A stretch of DNA of 64,000 nucleotides from an uncultured virus (IMG/VR IMGVR_UViG_3300024229_000001). Lineage: Duplodnaviria > Heunggongvirae > Uroviricota > Caudoviricetes. The first letter of the stretch is position 1. Each line of letters starts with the position of its first letter. Below are positions 53,442-61,215 of the stretch, piece after piece. The notes below the pieces were generated by a model. It had not been told where the DNA came from. It saw only the letters and a program-made list of their open reading frames with translations, and did not search any database. The stretch lies in the IMG/VR virus record IMGVR_UViG_3300024229_000001; one strand, written 5' to 3'. Made by a program: the position numbers and the translations under genes.

Positions 53442-53621
53442 ATGGCTAAGTTTACGCGTTTTGATCCTAAGAATAAGAAAAAGCATAAACACAAATTTAA
53501 TTCAAAAGATCCTGAAGGTCCAAGAATTAAAAGTACTGAAACAAAAAGAAAAGTTAAAGTTAACTTTGATAAACTTATGGTAAATGATTATGACTATATT
53601 GACAGAACCGAGGATATTTGA
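53442..53621 (+). CDS. 59-aa basic protein (MAKFTRFDPKNKKK...; not in the ORF track)
   Basis: Translated by hand; fills the gap between phoH and the exonuclease. Confidence 0.55.
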   Translation: MAKFTRFDPKNKKKHKHKFNSKDPEGPRIKSTETKRKVKVNFDKLMVNDYDYIDRTEDI

Positions 53622-54288
53622 ACATGTTGGAATTGACTTGGGTTATAATGACATCGAGGCTGAGACCACTTCTTCAGGACGAAAATATAAGTGTCCTAAC
53701 GGGGTTTCTTATCCTAGTGTTACTACAGTACTTTCTATATTAAGTGAAGATGGTATTAGGGCTTGGCGCAAACGCGTAGGTGAAGTAGAAGCAAATAAGA
53801 TTTCTCATAGAGCTGCTACTCGTGGTACAGCAGTTCATGCTATTGTTGAAGATTATATCAATAATAAACCAAACTACACTGAAGGCTATATGCCAAATGT
53901 TGTAGAAAATTTTAATGACATTAAAGGTATTTTAGATGAAAGGATTGGTAAAGTTTACGCGCAAGAAGTCCCCTTGTATTCAGATCACCTTGGATTGGCT
54001 GGTCGCGTCGACTGTGTGGCTGAGTTTGATGGTGTGTTATCTATCGTCGATTTCAAGACTTCTCGGAAGTTAAAGAAAAAAGAATGGATTGAAGGTTACT
54101 TTATACAAGAATCTGCATATGCTGTTATGTGGGAGGAAAGAACTGGTATGCCAATTACCAATTTGGTAACCATTATTAGCGTTGATGGCGCAGAAGCTCA
54201 AGTATTCAAAGAACATCGTGACAATTGGGCACCTAAACTATTGGAGACTATTGACGAATATGCGAAGAGAAAAATGTTTGGCCATTAG
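53584..54288 (+). CDS. PD-(D/E)xK exonuclease (Cas4/RecB-like)
   Basis: YPSVTTVL, RGTAVH, AGRVD, IVDFKTS, Q..AY. Confidence 0.85.
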   Translation: MIMTILTEPRIFEHVGIDLGYNDIEAETTSSGRKYKCPNGVSYPSVTTVLSILSEDGIRAWRKRVGEVEANKISHRAATRGTAVHAIVEDYINNKPNYTEGYMPNVVENFNDIKGILDERIGKVYAQEVPLYSDHLGLAGRVDCVAEFDGVLSIVDFKTSRKLKKKEWIEGYFIQESAYAVMWEERTGMPITNLVTIISVDGAEAQVFKEHRDNWAPKLLETIDEYAKRKMFGH

Positions 54289-54421
54289 AGCCCATCAACA
54301 AATCGACATATGTTGTGAAACATTATGTGAGAAAGAAGTTGTTCAGCAATATATACTAGAGTTAGAAGATCTAGTTAAAGAACTGCAAGAAAAAATCAAT
54401 CAACTCGAGGATTATAAATGA
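54260..54421 (+). CDS. hypothetical protein
   Basis: GGAG RBS; Cys cluster plus coiled coil. Confidence 0.45.
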   Translation: MRREKCLAIRAHQQIDICCETLCEKEVVQQYILELEDLVKELQEKINQLEDYK

Positions 54422-55035
54422 GTGAAGATCTTATGGAACTACTTACTGGCGGCGAAAAGAAACGAAATTATTTTCACCATCGCCCAGTAGCAAATATCCA
54501 TGAATTTTATTTAGTTGGCGAGATTAAACGCGCTGATGAATATATTGATTGGTTTGACATCATCCGCAATGCAGGAAAGAATGATGTAGTTAATATTCAT
54601 ATTAACTCATATGGTGGTGACTTATTCACTGCCATTCAAATGATACGAGTTCTCGGCGAGTGTGAAGGAACTGTAGTTTGTTCTGTTGAAGGTGCTTGTA
54701 TGTCTGCAGCAACAATGGTATTCTTATGTGCTGATGGTTTTGAAGTATCAGGGCACTCAATGTTTATGTTTCATAACTATTCAGGTGGAACCATTGGTAA
54801 AGGTGGTGAAATGTATGATAACATTGTACACGAACGTAAATGGTCTGAAAAGCTACTTCGTGAAATCTATAATAACTTTTTGACTGAAGATGAAATCGTT
54901 TCAGTATTAAACAATAAAGATATTTGGATGGATGGCGATGAAGTTATCAAGCGCCTAGAATCTATGAAAGAAAAAGTCAACGAAGACAAAGAAAAGCCTA
55001 AGCCTGCTCCACGTCGACGGAAGAAAGCTTCTTAA
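54418..55035 (+). CDS. ClpP-like serine protease
   Basis: INSYGG, CMSAAT (Ser), MFH (His). Confidence 0.85.
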   Translation: MSEDLMELLTGGEKKRNYFHHRPVANIHEFYLVGEIKRADEYIDWFDIIRNAGKNDVVNIHINSYGGDLFTAIQMIRVLGECEGTVVCSVEGACMSAATMVFLCADGFEVSGHSMFMFHNYSGGTIGKGGEMYDNIVHERKWSEKLLREIYNNFLTEDEIVSVLNNKDIWMDGDEVIKRLESMKEKVNEDKEKPKPAPRRRKKAS

Positions 55036-55135
55036 GCTCAATGACAGCAACGGATTTATTAGAAGTAATTATAACTACCTTACCGTTGCTGTCATAAACA
55101 GCCCATTTAAGTGACTTTAGTTCTACTATTCTCAT
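54998..55135 (-). CDS. 45-aa antisense small protein (MRIVELKSLKWAVYDSNGKVVIITSNKSVAV...)
   Basis: Translated by hand; ATG is 5 nt downstream of a minus-strand TATAAATA. Confidence 0.5.
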   Translation of the reverse strand: MRIVELKSLKWAVYDSNGKVVIITSNKSVAVIELKKLSSVDVEQA

Positions 55136-55140
55136 ACATA

Positions 55141-55148
55141 TATTTATA
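55141..55148 (-). promoter_or_regulatory. late promoter on the minus strand
   Basis: TATTTATA on + = TATAAATA on -. Confidence 0.55.
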
Positions 55149-55177
55149 AAAAAAATGCATTTCCGTGCATTTTTTTG

Positions 55178-55206
55178 TGTACATTCTCTCCAGCATAGGT
55201 TATAAT
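55178..55206 (+). promoter_or_regulatory. early promoter
   Basis: TGTACA-N17-TATAAT. Confidence 0.75.
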
Positions 55207-55235
55207 AATACCATAATCAATGAGGAGAAACGATT

Positions 55236-55748
55236 ATGACTAATGTAAATACCATTATTAACGAGATCAAAGAGACTGTTTCTCCTTTGATGGAACGTTG
55301 GGTAGAAGATCGTGTTGCTATGATTATGGATTTGAAATCCCGTGCACGTGCCATTAACGAAAATGAAGAATACAAAGCTGCCTATGCCGCGGCAAAAGAA
55401 CGTGATCGTTGGTTATCTCTTAGTTCTTTTAAGTTTTATTGGTTTGCTAATATGGGTTTTGGTAAAGGTGATTATCAACTTGCTTGCTACTACAGCGAGA
55501 AAGAAATCCAAGAAAAAATGGTTAAAGAAGCTGCAGCTAAGCTTAAAAAGATTGACGTAGCAGTAAAGAAAAAAATCAACTTCGATGTTGACACTGCTGA
55601 AAAGCTATACTTCACCGAAGGTAAAGATGGATACTTCGAAGGAGCTTGGAAACTAAACGGCCAGAAAATATTTTCTTTTGATACTTTCTATGCCGGTGGT
55701 TATAATATCCAATGCCTTCATGTTCGTACTAAATACAAATTGAAATGA
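55236..55748 (+). CDS. hypothetical early protein
   Basis: GAGGAG RBS; AGGYNIQCLH.R C-terminal motif. Confidence 0.7.
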   Translation: MTNVNTIINEIKETVSPLMERWVEDRVAMIMDLKSRARAINENEEYKAAYAAAKERDRWLSLSSFKFYWFANMGFGKGDYQLACYYSEKEIQEKMVKEAAAKLKKIDVAVKKKINFDVDTAEKLYFTEGKDGYFEGAWKLNGQKIFSFDTFYAGGYNIQCLHVRTKYKLK

Positions 55749-55761
55749 GGAGAATTATATA

Positions 55762-56349
55762 ATGTATGTAGACAATAATAAAACAATCTTAGTCGATGCT
55801 GACGGAGTCATGCTTGACTGGGTTTACGCTTTCCGTGGTTGGATGGACCGCCACGGATATACAATGGTAGAACCTGATAGTTATCAGATGGATAAATGTT
55901 ATGGATTAAGTCGAGAAGAAGGAACTCGACTTTGTCGAATGTTTAACGAATCGGCTACTATTCGAAAGATTCCGCCACTTCGTGATGCTGTGAAATATAT
56001 CAAAAAGCTTCATGAAGATCATGGGTATGTTTTTCGAGTAATTAGTTCACTCAGTGAAGATACCTATGCTGGTCATTTACGGACTAAAAACTTGATTGAG
56101 CTATTTGGTCCTACTGTCTTTGAATCATATGTCTATTTAGATACTGGTGCAGATAAAGATGAAGCACTAGAACCTTATCGAGATTCAGGCTGTTATTGGA
56201 TTGAAGATAAGCCTGAAAATGCTAATCTTGGTGATAAGCTAGGCCTTGATTCTATCCTAGTGCGCCATCCATTTAATGCTGATTATGTTGGTCCAGCTCA
56301 TCGAGTATTGAATTGGAAAGAAATCTATGAATATATTGTAGGCGTCTAA
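55762..56349 (+). CDS. HAD 5'-nucleotidase-like protein (T4 30.2-like)
   Basis: DADGV, K, WIEDK..N. Confidence 0.75.
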   Translation: MYVDNNKTILVDADGVMLDWVYAFRGWMDRHGYTMVEPDSYQMDKCYGLSREEGTRLCRMFNESATIRKIPPLRDAVKYIKKLHEDHGYVFRVISSLSEDTYAGHLRTKNLIELFGPTVFESYVYLDTGADKDEALEPYRDSGCYWIEDKPENANLGDKLGLDSILVRHPFNADYVGPAHRVLNWKEIYEYIVGV

Positions 56350-56352
56350 TAT

Positions 56353-56360
56353 TATAAATA
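56353..56360 (+). promoter_or_regulatory. late promoter for the lysis-region operon
   Basis: TATAAATA. Confidence 0.7.
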
Positions 56361-56381
56361 GAATAAAATAGAGGTATAGAA

Positions 56382-56837
56382 ATGAACCTTGAAGATGTCG
56401 CCCGGTTTATAAACAACCAACCAGAAGAATCAAAAGTTTATATTGGTTGCGACTCTGAAAGGGTTATAAAAGATAATATTCGATATGCTGATTATACAAC
56501 TGTGGTGGTAATACATCATGCTGGACGCAAAGGTTGTAAAGTGTTTGGTGATACTATACGTGAACGTGATTTTGATACTAAAATTTCTAGACCTTCGTTA
56601 AGGTTAATGAATGAAGTCTATAAAGTATCAGAACTTTATTTAAAGCTGTATGAATTAGTTTATACAGAAATAGAAATACATTTGGACATTAATCCAAATA
56701 AAGAACACAACTCATCTTTGGTTGTACAGCAAGCAGTTGGTTATATCAAGGGTGTTTGCATGGTAGAACCAAAGGTAAAGCCGTTGGCATTTGCTGCAAC
56801 AGCTGCAGCTGATAGATATAAGTCACTGGCAGCATAG
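56382..56837 (+). CDS. RNase H-like YkuK family protein
   Basis: YIGCDS, RLMNEV, EIHLDIN, AA..AAD. Confidence 0.8.
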   Translation: MNLEDVARFINNQPEESKVYIGCDSERVIKDNIRYADYTTVVVIHHAGRKGCKVFGDTIRERDFDTKISRPSLRLMNEVYKVSELYLKLYELVYTEIEIHLDINPNKEHNSSLVVQQAVGYIKGVCMVEPKVKPLAFAATAAADRYKSLAA

Positions 56838-56846
56838 GAGATCCGT

Positions 56847-57107
56847 ATGGACGATATTTTTGACTTTGGTTTTACAGCCGTTGATGAAGCTGAGTTAGAA
56901 GCAGTACAACAAGCTACTACTCAAGCTACGCAAACAGCTCAAACTGCTGATGAACTACAAGGTAAGATTGATAAGTTGTATAATTCAATTATACCATTGC
57001 TTAGTAATCTGAAAAAGAATCCTGAAAAGGAATATATATTATGGCCAAATCGCTTGGCAAAAGTTGAAGAGTTCGAAACTCACTTACAAAAAATTTACCA
57101 AGAATAA
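56847..57107 (+). CDS. conserved hypothetical protein
   Basis: FDFGFT, PLL.NL.KNPEKEYI.WPNR. Confidence 0.7.
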   Translation: MDDIFDFGFTAVDEAELEAVQQATTQATQTAQTADELQGKIDKLYNSIIPLLSNLKKNPEKEYILWPNRLAKVEEFETHLQKIYQE

Positions 57108-57120
57108 CTGGGAGTAAAAC

Positions 57121-57828
57121 ATGGCGGAGTATTTTCACTTCGCTACGATTGCAAGAATAGCTTATTTAGATAATGCAAAAAGACAATTTAAAAAATTAGG
57201 ATATAATGAATCGCACTTGATTGATATTGATGGAGCTCAGGCACATATCGCGGCGAACCAAGAAAGAATAGTAATTGCATTCAGAGGAACTGAACCTACA
57301 GAATGGAATGATCTAAAAGCAGACTTATATGCATTCCATGACAATGGATTCCATAAAGGTTTTCATATTGAATTTTTAAAATTATATAAAGCAATTAATG
57401 ATTTAATTACTAAGATTGCGGATAAACAAGAAAAACCAAGACAGCTGTTTATTACAGGCCATTCTCTAGGTGGAGCAATGGCTACTGTAGCTGGATTCTA
57501 TTTCCCAGAAGCTGAAAAGATTTATACCTTTGGAGCTCCAAGAGCTTGTTCATGGTCTAAATCTAAAACACTTTTACCAGAACATATTCGTGTAGTAAAT
57601 AATAATGATATAGTACCAAAGGTTCCATTTGTAGGAATCGGGTTTAGACATACTGGAACTTTACGTTATCTAAACTTTTATGGCAATGTACGTAACATGT
57701 CTAAATGGCAAAGATTTAAAGATGGCTGGAGAGGCCGTTGGAGAGCATTAAAGAAAAGAGTTCCATTCGATGGTTTTTACGATCATTCAATGAATGAATA
57801 TTGTAGATTTCTAGAGGATGGAAAATGA
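57121..57828 (+). CDS. class 3 lipase
   Basis: AFRGT, GHSLGG, TFGAPR, DIVP, H. Confidence 0.9.
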   Translation: MAEYFHFATIARIAYLDNAKRQFKKLGYNESHLIDIDGAQAHIAANQERIVIAFRGTEPTEWNDLKADLYAFHDNGFHKGFHIEFLKLYKAINDLITKIADKQEKPRQLFITGHSLGGAMATVAGFYFPEAEKIYTFGAPRACSWSKSKTLLPEHIRVVNNNDIVPKVPFVGIGFRHTGTLRYLNFYGNVRNMSKWQRFKDGWRGRWRALKKRVPFDGFYDHSMNEYCRFLEDGK

Positions 57829-58100
57829 TTGAACTAATCGATAAACTATTATCAGATACTTTGTGGATATATACTAGTATCGCAGGTGCTTTATTGGGTG
57901 CTGCTTTCTTATTCTGGTTTAAAGATACAAGAATGGCAACATGGGCTGTACGTAAGTTTGACGGCTTCTTGGAATATCTTGCATTGCGCTGGGGATGGAC
58001 TTGGCTTCAAAATGACCCTAATGCATGGCGAGTAAAATACCCAAAAATCACTACAAAAATTGATGAGCTTGAAGCCCGTTTGAAAGAACTAGAAAAATGA
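57825..58100 (+). CDS. membrane protein
   Basis: N-terminal TM segment. Confidence 0.65.
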   Translation: MIELIDKLLSDTLWIYTSIAGALLGAAFLFWFKDTRMATWAVRKFDGFLEYLALRWGWTWLQNDPNAWRVKYPKITTKIDELEARLKELEK

Positions 58101-58441
58101 ATATGAAATTTGGAATTGGTGTTGTTGTAGCTATTGTATTACAAGTCTCTGCATTTGTATGGTGGACAGCTCAGCAAGCACAAATCATCCAACAATTAAA
58201 TGAACAGGTTACAGAATTGACCAGTCGTATGGCAGTAGAAGAATCTGTTAATATGATGCGTGATCTTAAAGATATTAAAAAAGAATTAGATGAGCACGAA
58301 GAGTGGATTGATGATATATATTATACTCAAAATATGCTTATAGAGTTCGCAACTTTTACAGAAAATCGTTGGGCTGATACTTATGGAACAGACAATTCAT
58401 ACGAAAGAAAATTTGGTATGAAAGAACCAGCTAAGGAGTAA
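58097..58441 (+). CDS. TM plus coiled-coil protein
   Basis: Hydrophobic N-terminus ending in VWW. Confidence 0.65.
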   Translation: MNMKFGIGVVVAIVLQVSAFVWWTAQQAQIIQQLNEQVTELTSRMAVEESVNMMRDLKDIKKELDEHEEWIDDIYYTQNMLIEFATFTENRWADTYGTDNSYERKFGMKEPAKE

Positions 58442-58445
58442 TAAC

Positions 58446-58598
58446 ATGAAATGGCTAACATCTAGATCAAAAGAAAGAACTACACTTGATGGAATCGTGT
58501 TAGTAGCAACTGGTGTTGCAATGATTTTAGTGCCGGTAGACCTAATTGCTTATGCAGCAATTTTCTATGGAGCATGGACAATCTGGAAAGCAGAATAA
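58446..58598 (+). CDS. 50-aa two-TM protein, holin candidate (not in the ORF track)
   Basis: AAGGAG RBS; MKWLTSRSKERTTLDG...YGAWTIWKAE; directly upstream of the endolysin. Confidence 0.65.
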   Translation: MKWLTSRSKERTTLDGIVLVATGVAMILVPVDLIAYAAIFYGAWTIWKAE

Positions 58599-58609
58599 GG
58601 ATATATTAA

Positions 58610-59482
58610 ATGAGTTTTGAATTTGAATTTACGAAGGAACACCTTGGAGAAATTATCTCTGATGATCCTGATAACTGGTATGATGCGCTATGTGAAATTC
58701 TACCAAAGTATGGTATCACAAATGAACGTAGAGTTGCACACTTTCTAAGCCAAACCGCGCATGAATCCGGTGGCTATAAACGTTTGGAAGAAAATCTAAA
58801 TTATTCAGCTAAAGCTTTGAGGGCTGTGTTTGGCCGTTACTTTGGTCCAGCTCCTAAACGTGACGCAGACGAATATCACCGTAATCCTGAAATGATTGCT
58901 AACTATGTCTATATGGATGAATTCCGTAAGTACAAAATGGGTAATACAGAAGATGGTGATGGATGGCGTTTCCGTGGTCGTGGTTTGAAACAGCTTACAG
59001 GCCGAGAAAACTATACTCGCTTCGGCAAATCCATTGGTATGTCAGCTGAAGAAGCAGCAGGATATGTTGCAACTCCTGGTGGTGCTGTTGAATCTGCTTG
59101 TTGGTTCTGGGATGCAAATAATCTAAATGATATTGCAGATTCAGATGATGTTAAGCGTATGAGTAAAAAGATTAATGGTGGTACTATTGGTCTTGAAGAT
59201 CGCCAAAAGCGTTATGTACATGCAATGAAAGTACTTGGTATGGATGCTGAAGATTTAGTAGCAGACGATGATGATGTTGCAGAAATCTTAGATGATATTG
59301 GCGTACTACGTAAAGGTTCCAAAGGCGAAGGCGTGAAAATTATGCAAGAAGCTTTGGGTATTGGTGCTGATGGTGACTTTGGTCCAGGTACTGAAAGAGC
59401 TCTTAAAGAATGGCAGGCCGCAAATGGTCTTACAGCTGACGGTATTGCAGGACCAGCAACATTTAGTAAATTATTGGAGTAA
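58610..59482 (+). CDS. endolysin: GH19 domain plus C-terminal peptidoglycan-binding domain
   Basis: FLSQTAHES, ENLNYS, RGRG..QLTG, INGG; ADG.FGPGT...ADGIAG. Confidence 0.92.
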   Translation: MSFEFEFTKEHLGEIISDDPDNWYDALCEILPKYGITNERRVAHFLSQTAHESGGYKRLEENLNYSAKALRAVFGRYFGPAPKRDADEYHRNPEMIANYVYMDEFRKYKMGNTEDGDGWRFRGRGLKQLTGRENYTRFGKSIGMSAEEAAGYVATPGGAVESACWFWDANNLNDIADSDDVKRMSKKINGGTIGLEDRQKRYVHAMKVLGMDAEDLVADDDDVAEILDDIGVLRKGSKGEGVKIMQEALGIGADGDFGPGTERALKEWQAANGLTADGIAGPATFSKLLE

Positions 59483-59485
59483 GTT

Positions 59486-59716
59486 ATGTTTTTTGGAATC
59501 ATCTTATTATGCACGGCAGGAACTACTGAAATATCAGGAGAAACTTGTGTATTGTATAACTCACCATCCACTTTTGATACTGAAGAAATGTGTATAGCTT
59601 CGGTCGGAAGTGTCCTTATGTCTGAAGCAATGGAACTAAATATTGCTTCAGGATTAGAATTACACAATGCTCGATGTTTTGATGTTAGACCAGATAGTAT
59701 TGATGATTCTATTTAA
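59486..59716 (+). CDS. small Cys-containing hypothetical protein
   Basis: Hydrophobic N-terminus, four Cys. Confidence 0.55.
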   Translation: MFFGIILLCTAGTTEISGETCVLYNSPSTFDTEEMCIASVGSVLMSEAMELNIASGLELHNARCFDVRPDSIDDSI

Positions 59717-59719
59717 ATC

Positions 59720-59746
59720 AAAGGGGACCAAAAGGTCCCCTTTTTT
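59720..59746. terminator. bidirectional terminator between convergent operons
   Basis: AAAGGGGACC-AAAA-GGTCCCCTTT followed by more T. Confidence 0.85.
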
Positions 59747-59747
59747 A

Positions 59748-59846
59748 TTATGTAAATATTGTTGCTATTGTTACAGTTATCCAAAATAGCACCATAACAA
59801 TAACCCATATCCAACCTACAACACTTATGTCATTATGGTGATTCAT
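59748..59846 (-). CDS. 32-aa single-TM peptide (not in the ORF track)
   Basis: TAATG coupling; MNHHNDISVVGWIWVIVMVLFWITVTIATIFT. Confidence 0.5.
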   Translation of the reverse strand: MNHHNDISVVGWIWVIVMVLFWITVTIATIFT

Positions 59847-60421
59847 TAGTCATTCAATGGATTATCTAAAGCTTCTTGTAGCTTCTCATGTATATCTGTA
59901 TCAAGTTGACGCATATCAGCATCAATTCGATCTTCAGTTTCTCTCATAGTATTACGAACATCTTTTTCAGATTCACGAATAAGAGCTTCAACTTCTCTTA
60001 TTGATTGTTGGACATCTTTACGTAAATCATTCATCTCATCGCGTAGTGTTTCTAAATGAGTTTCAATAGCATTTTGAGAGTCCTTTATTCGATCTTCTGA
60101 TGCATCAGTCTTGTCTTCAAGTCTTTCAACTAATTGTTCCATTTCCATTACATCTTCTCTTAAATCAGATTTAATGTCTCGAGTATATTCAATTGCTTCT
60201 TCAATACGAATCATTTGGTTATCCATTGTTAGAATAACCTTTTCATTTTCAGCAGCAATTGCATCTACATCAATATTTTGAACAACTTCTTTCATATCCA
60301 TGTAGTCTTTATAAAACTCAAAACCTGCCCACAAGCCACCGCCAAGTGTTGAAAGAGCGGTAAGTACTACAAACATTTTTCCACCGCGGAATGTAGTTCC
60401 CGCAAATTCAAACTCAGCCAT
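59846..60421 (-). CDS. TM-anchored coiled-coil protein
   Basis: GGAG RBS; TM segment then long heptad repeats. Confidence 0.7.
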   Translation of the reverse strand: MAEFEFAGTTFRGGKMFVVLTALSTLGGGLWAGFEFYKDYMDMKEVVQNIDVDAIAAENEKVILTMDNQMIRIEEAIEYTRDIKSDLREDVMEMEQLVERLEDKTDASEDRIKDSQNAIETHLETLRDEMNDLRKDVQQSIREVEALIRESEKDVRNTMRETEDRIDADMRQLDTDIHEKLQEALDNPLND

Positions 60422-60430
60422 TATTTTCTC

Positions 60431-60892
60431 CTATTTCATTTTTTCTCTAGCTTCATGAACATCAGCCGGGTCAATTACACCTTCGTGCATTAGCTTATTT
60501 CGGTTACCTATATGAGCACCTTCAACATCTGCTTTGTTTTGACCAAAGTATTTTACTGCATGTCCTTCTTCGACTAAGATTTCAGTTACTCTTTTATCAT
60601 TAACTTTAAAATCACCGAGTACACGCCCAAACTTGCCTTTCATATCTTCACCGTGTTTATTTTCAGTAGTGATAAGAATTGCGTCTTTTCCAAGTAACTC
60701 TTTTAATCTTTCTTTAGCTGCTAAACCAAACACTTTTTCTACTTTATCGGATGTCCTGGATTCAGGAGTATCGATACCCATAATTCTTACTCGTTCATCG
60801 CGAAGGGTAATACCAAAACCTAGATCAATATCTACGTCTACAGTATCACCATCCACAACTTTAAGAATCTTTACTTCGTACTGATTCTCCAC
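60431..60892 (-). CDS. thermonuclease (SNase) family protein
   Basis: VVDGDT, RI.GIDTPE, KFGRVL. Confidence 0.88.
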   Translation of the reverse strand: MENQYEVKILKVVDGDTVDVDIDLGFGITLRDERVRIMGIDTPESRTSDKVEKVFGLAAKERLKELLGKDAILITTENKHGEDMKGKFGRVLGDFKVNDKRVTEILVEEGHAVKYFGQNKADVEGAHIGNRNKLMHEGVIDPADVHEAREKMK

Positions 60893-61213
60893 TTACTTTT
60901 TGCCTTTTAAAGCATCAGCACCAAAGAATGCAGCAACTAAAGCTGAAATAGCAACAAAGTATGTTGGTGCAATATCACCAATGATTGTCGCAGCTTTATC
61001 TGCACCAGCAAGTGATGTAACCAAAATCATAATTGGATATAGTAACATACCTGCAAGAGCAAACCAAGTCATTTTACGCATTGCATCGCGTTGAGCGTCT
61101 TGGTCGTCTAATTCTTTTCGTTTAAATTCAAGATACATCTGGTGTTCTTCTTGAGTCACAACTCCGTCTCCATTAGTATCGGCTTCGTGAAATGTTTTTG
61201 TTTCTTCAGTCAT
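60893..61213 (-). CDS. EF-hand-like loop plus two TM segments (holin-like)
   Basis: DTNGDGVVTQEE followed by two hydrophobic helices. Confidence 0.65.
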   Translation of the reverse strand: MTEETKTFHEADTNGDGVVTQEEHQMYLEFKRKELDDQDAQRDAMRKMTWFALAGMLLYPIMILVTSLAGADKAATIIGDIAPTYFVAISALVAAFFGADALKGKK

Positions 61214-61215
61214 TT

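Noticed and set aside
53584..54288. Cas4-like nuclease as evidence of a CRISPR system
   Set aside because: No array or other cas genes; this is a common stand-alone exonuclease in T4-like phages
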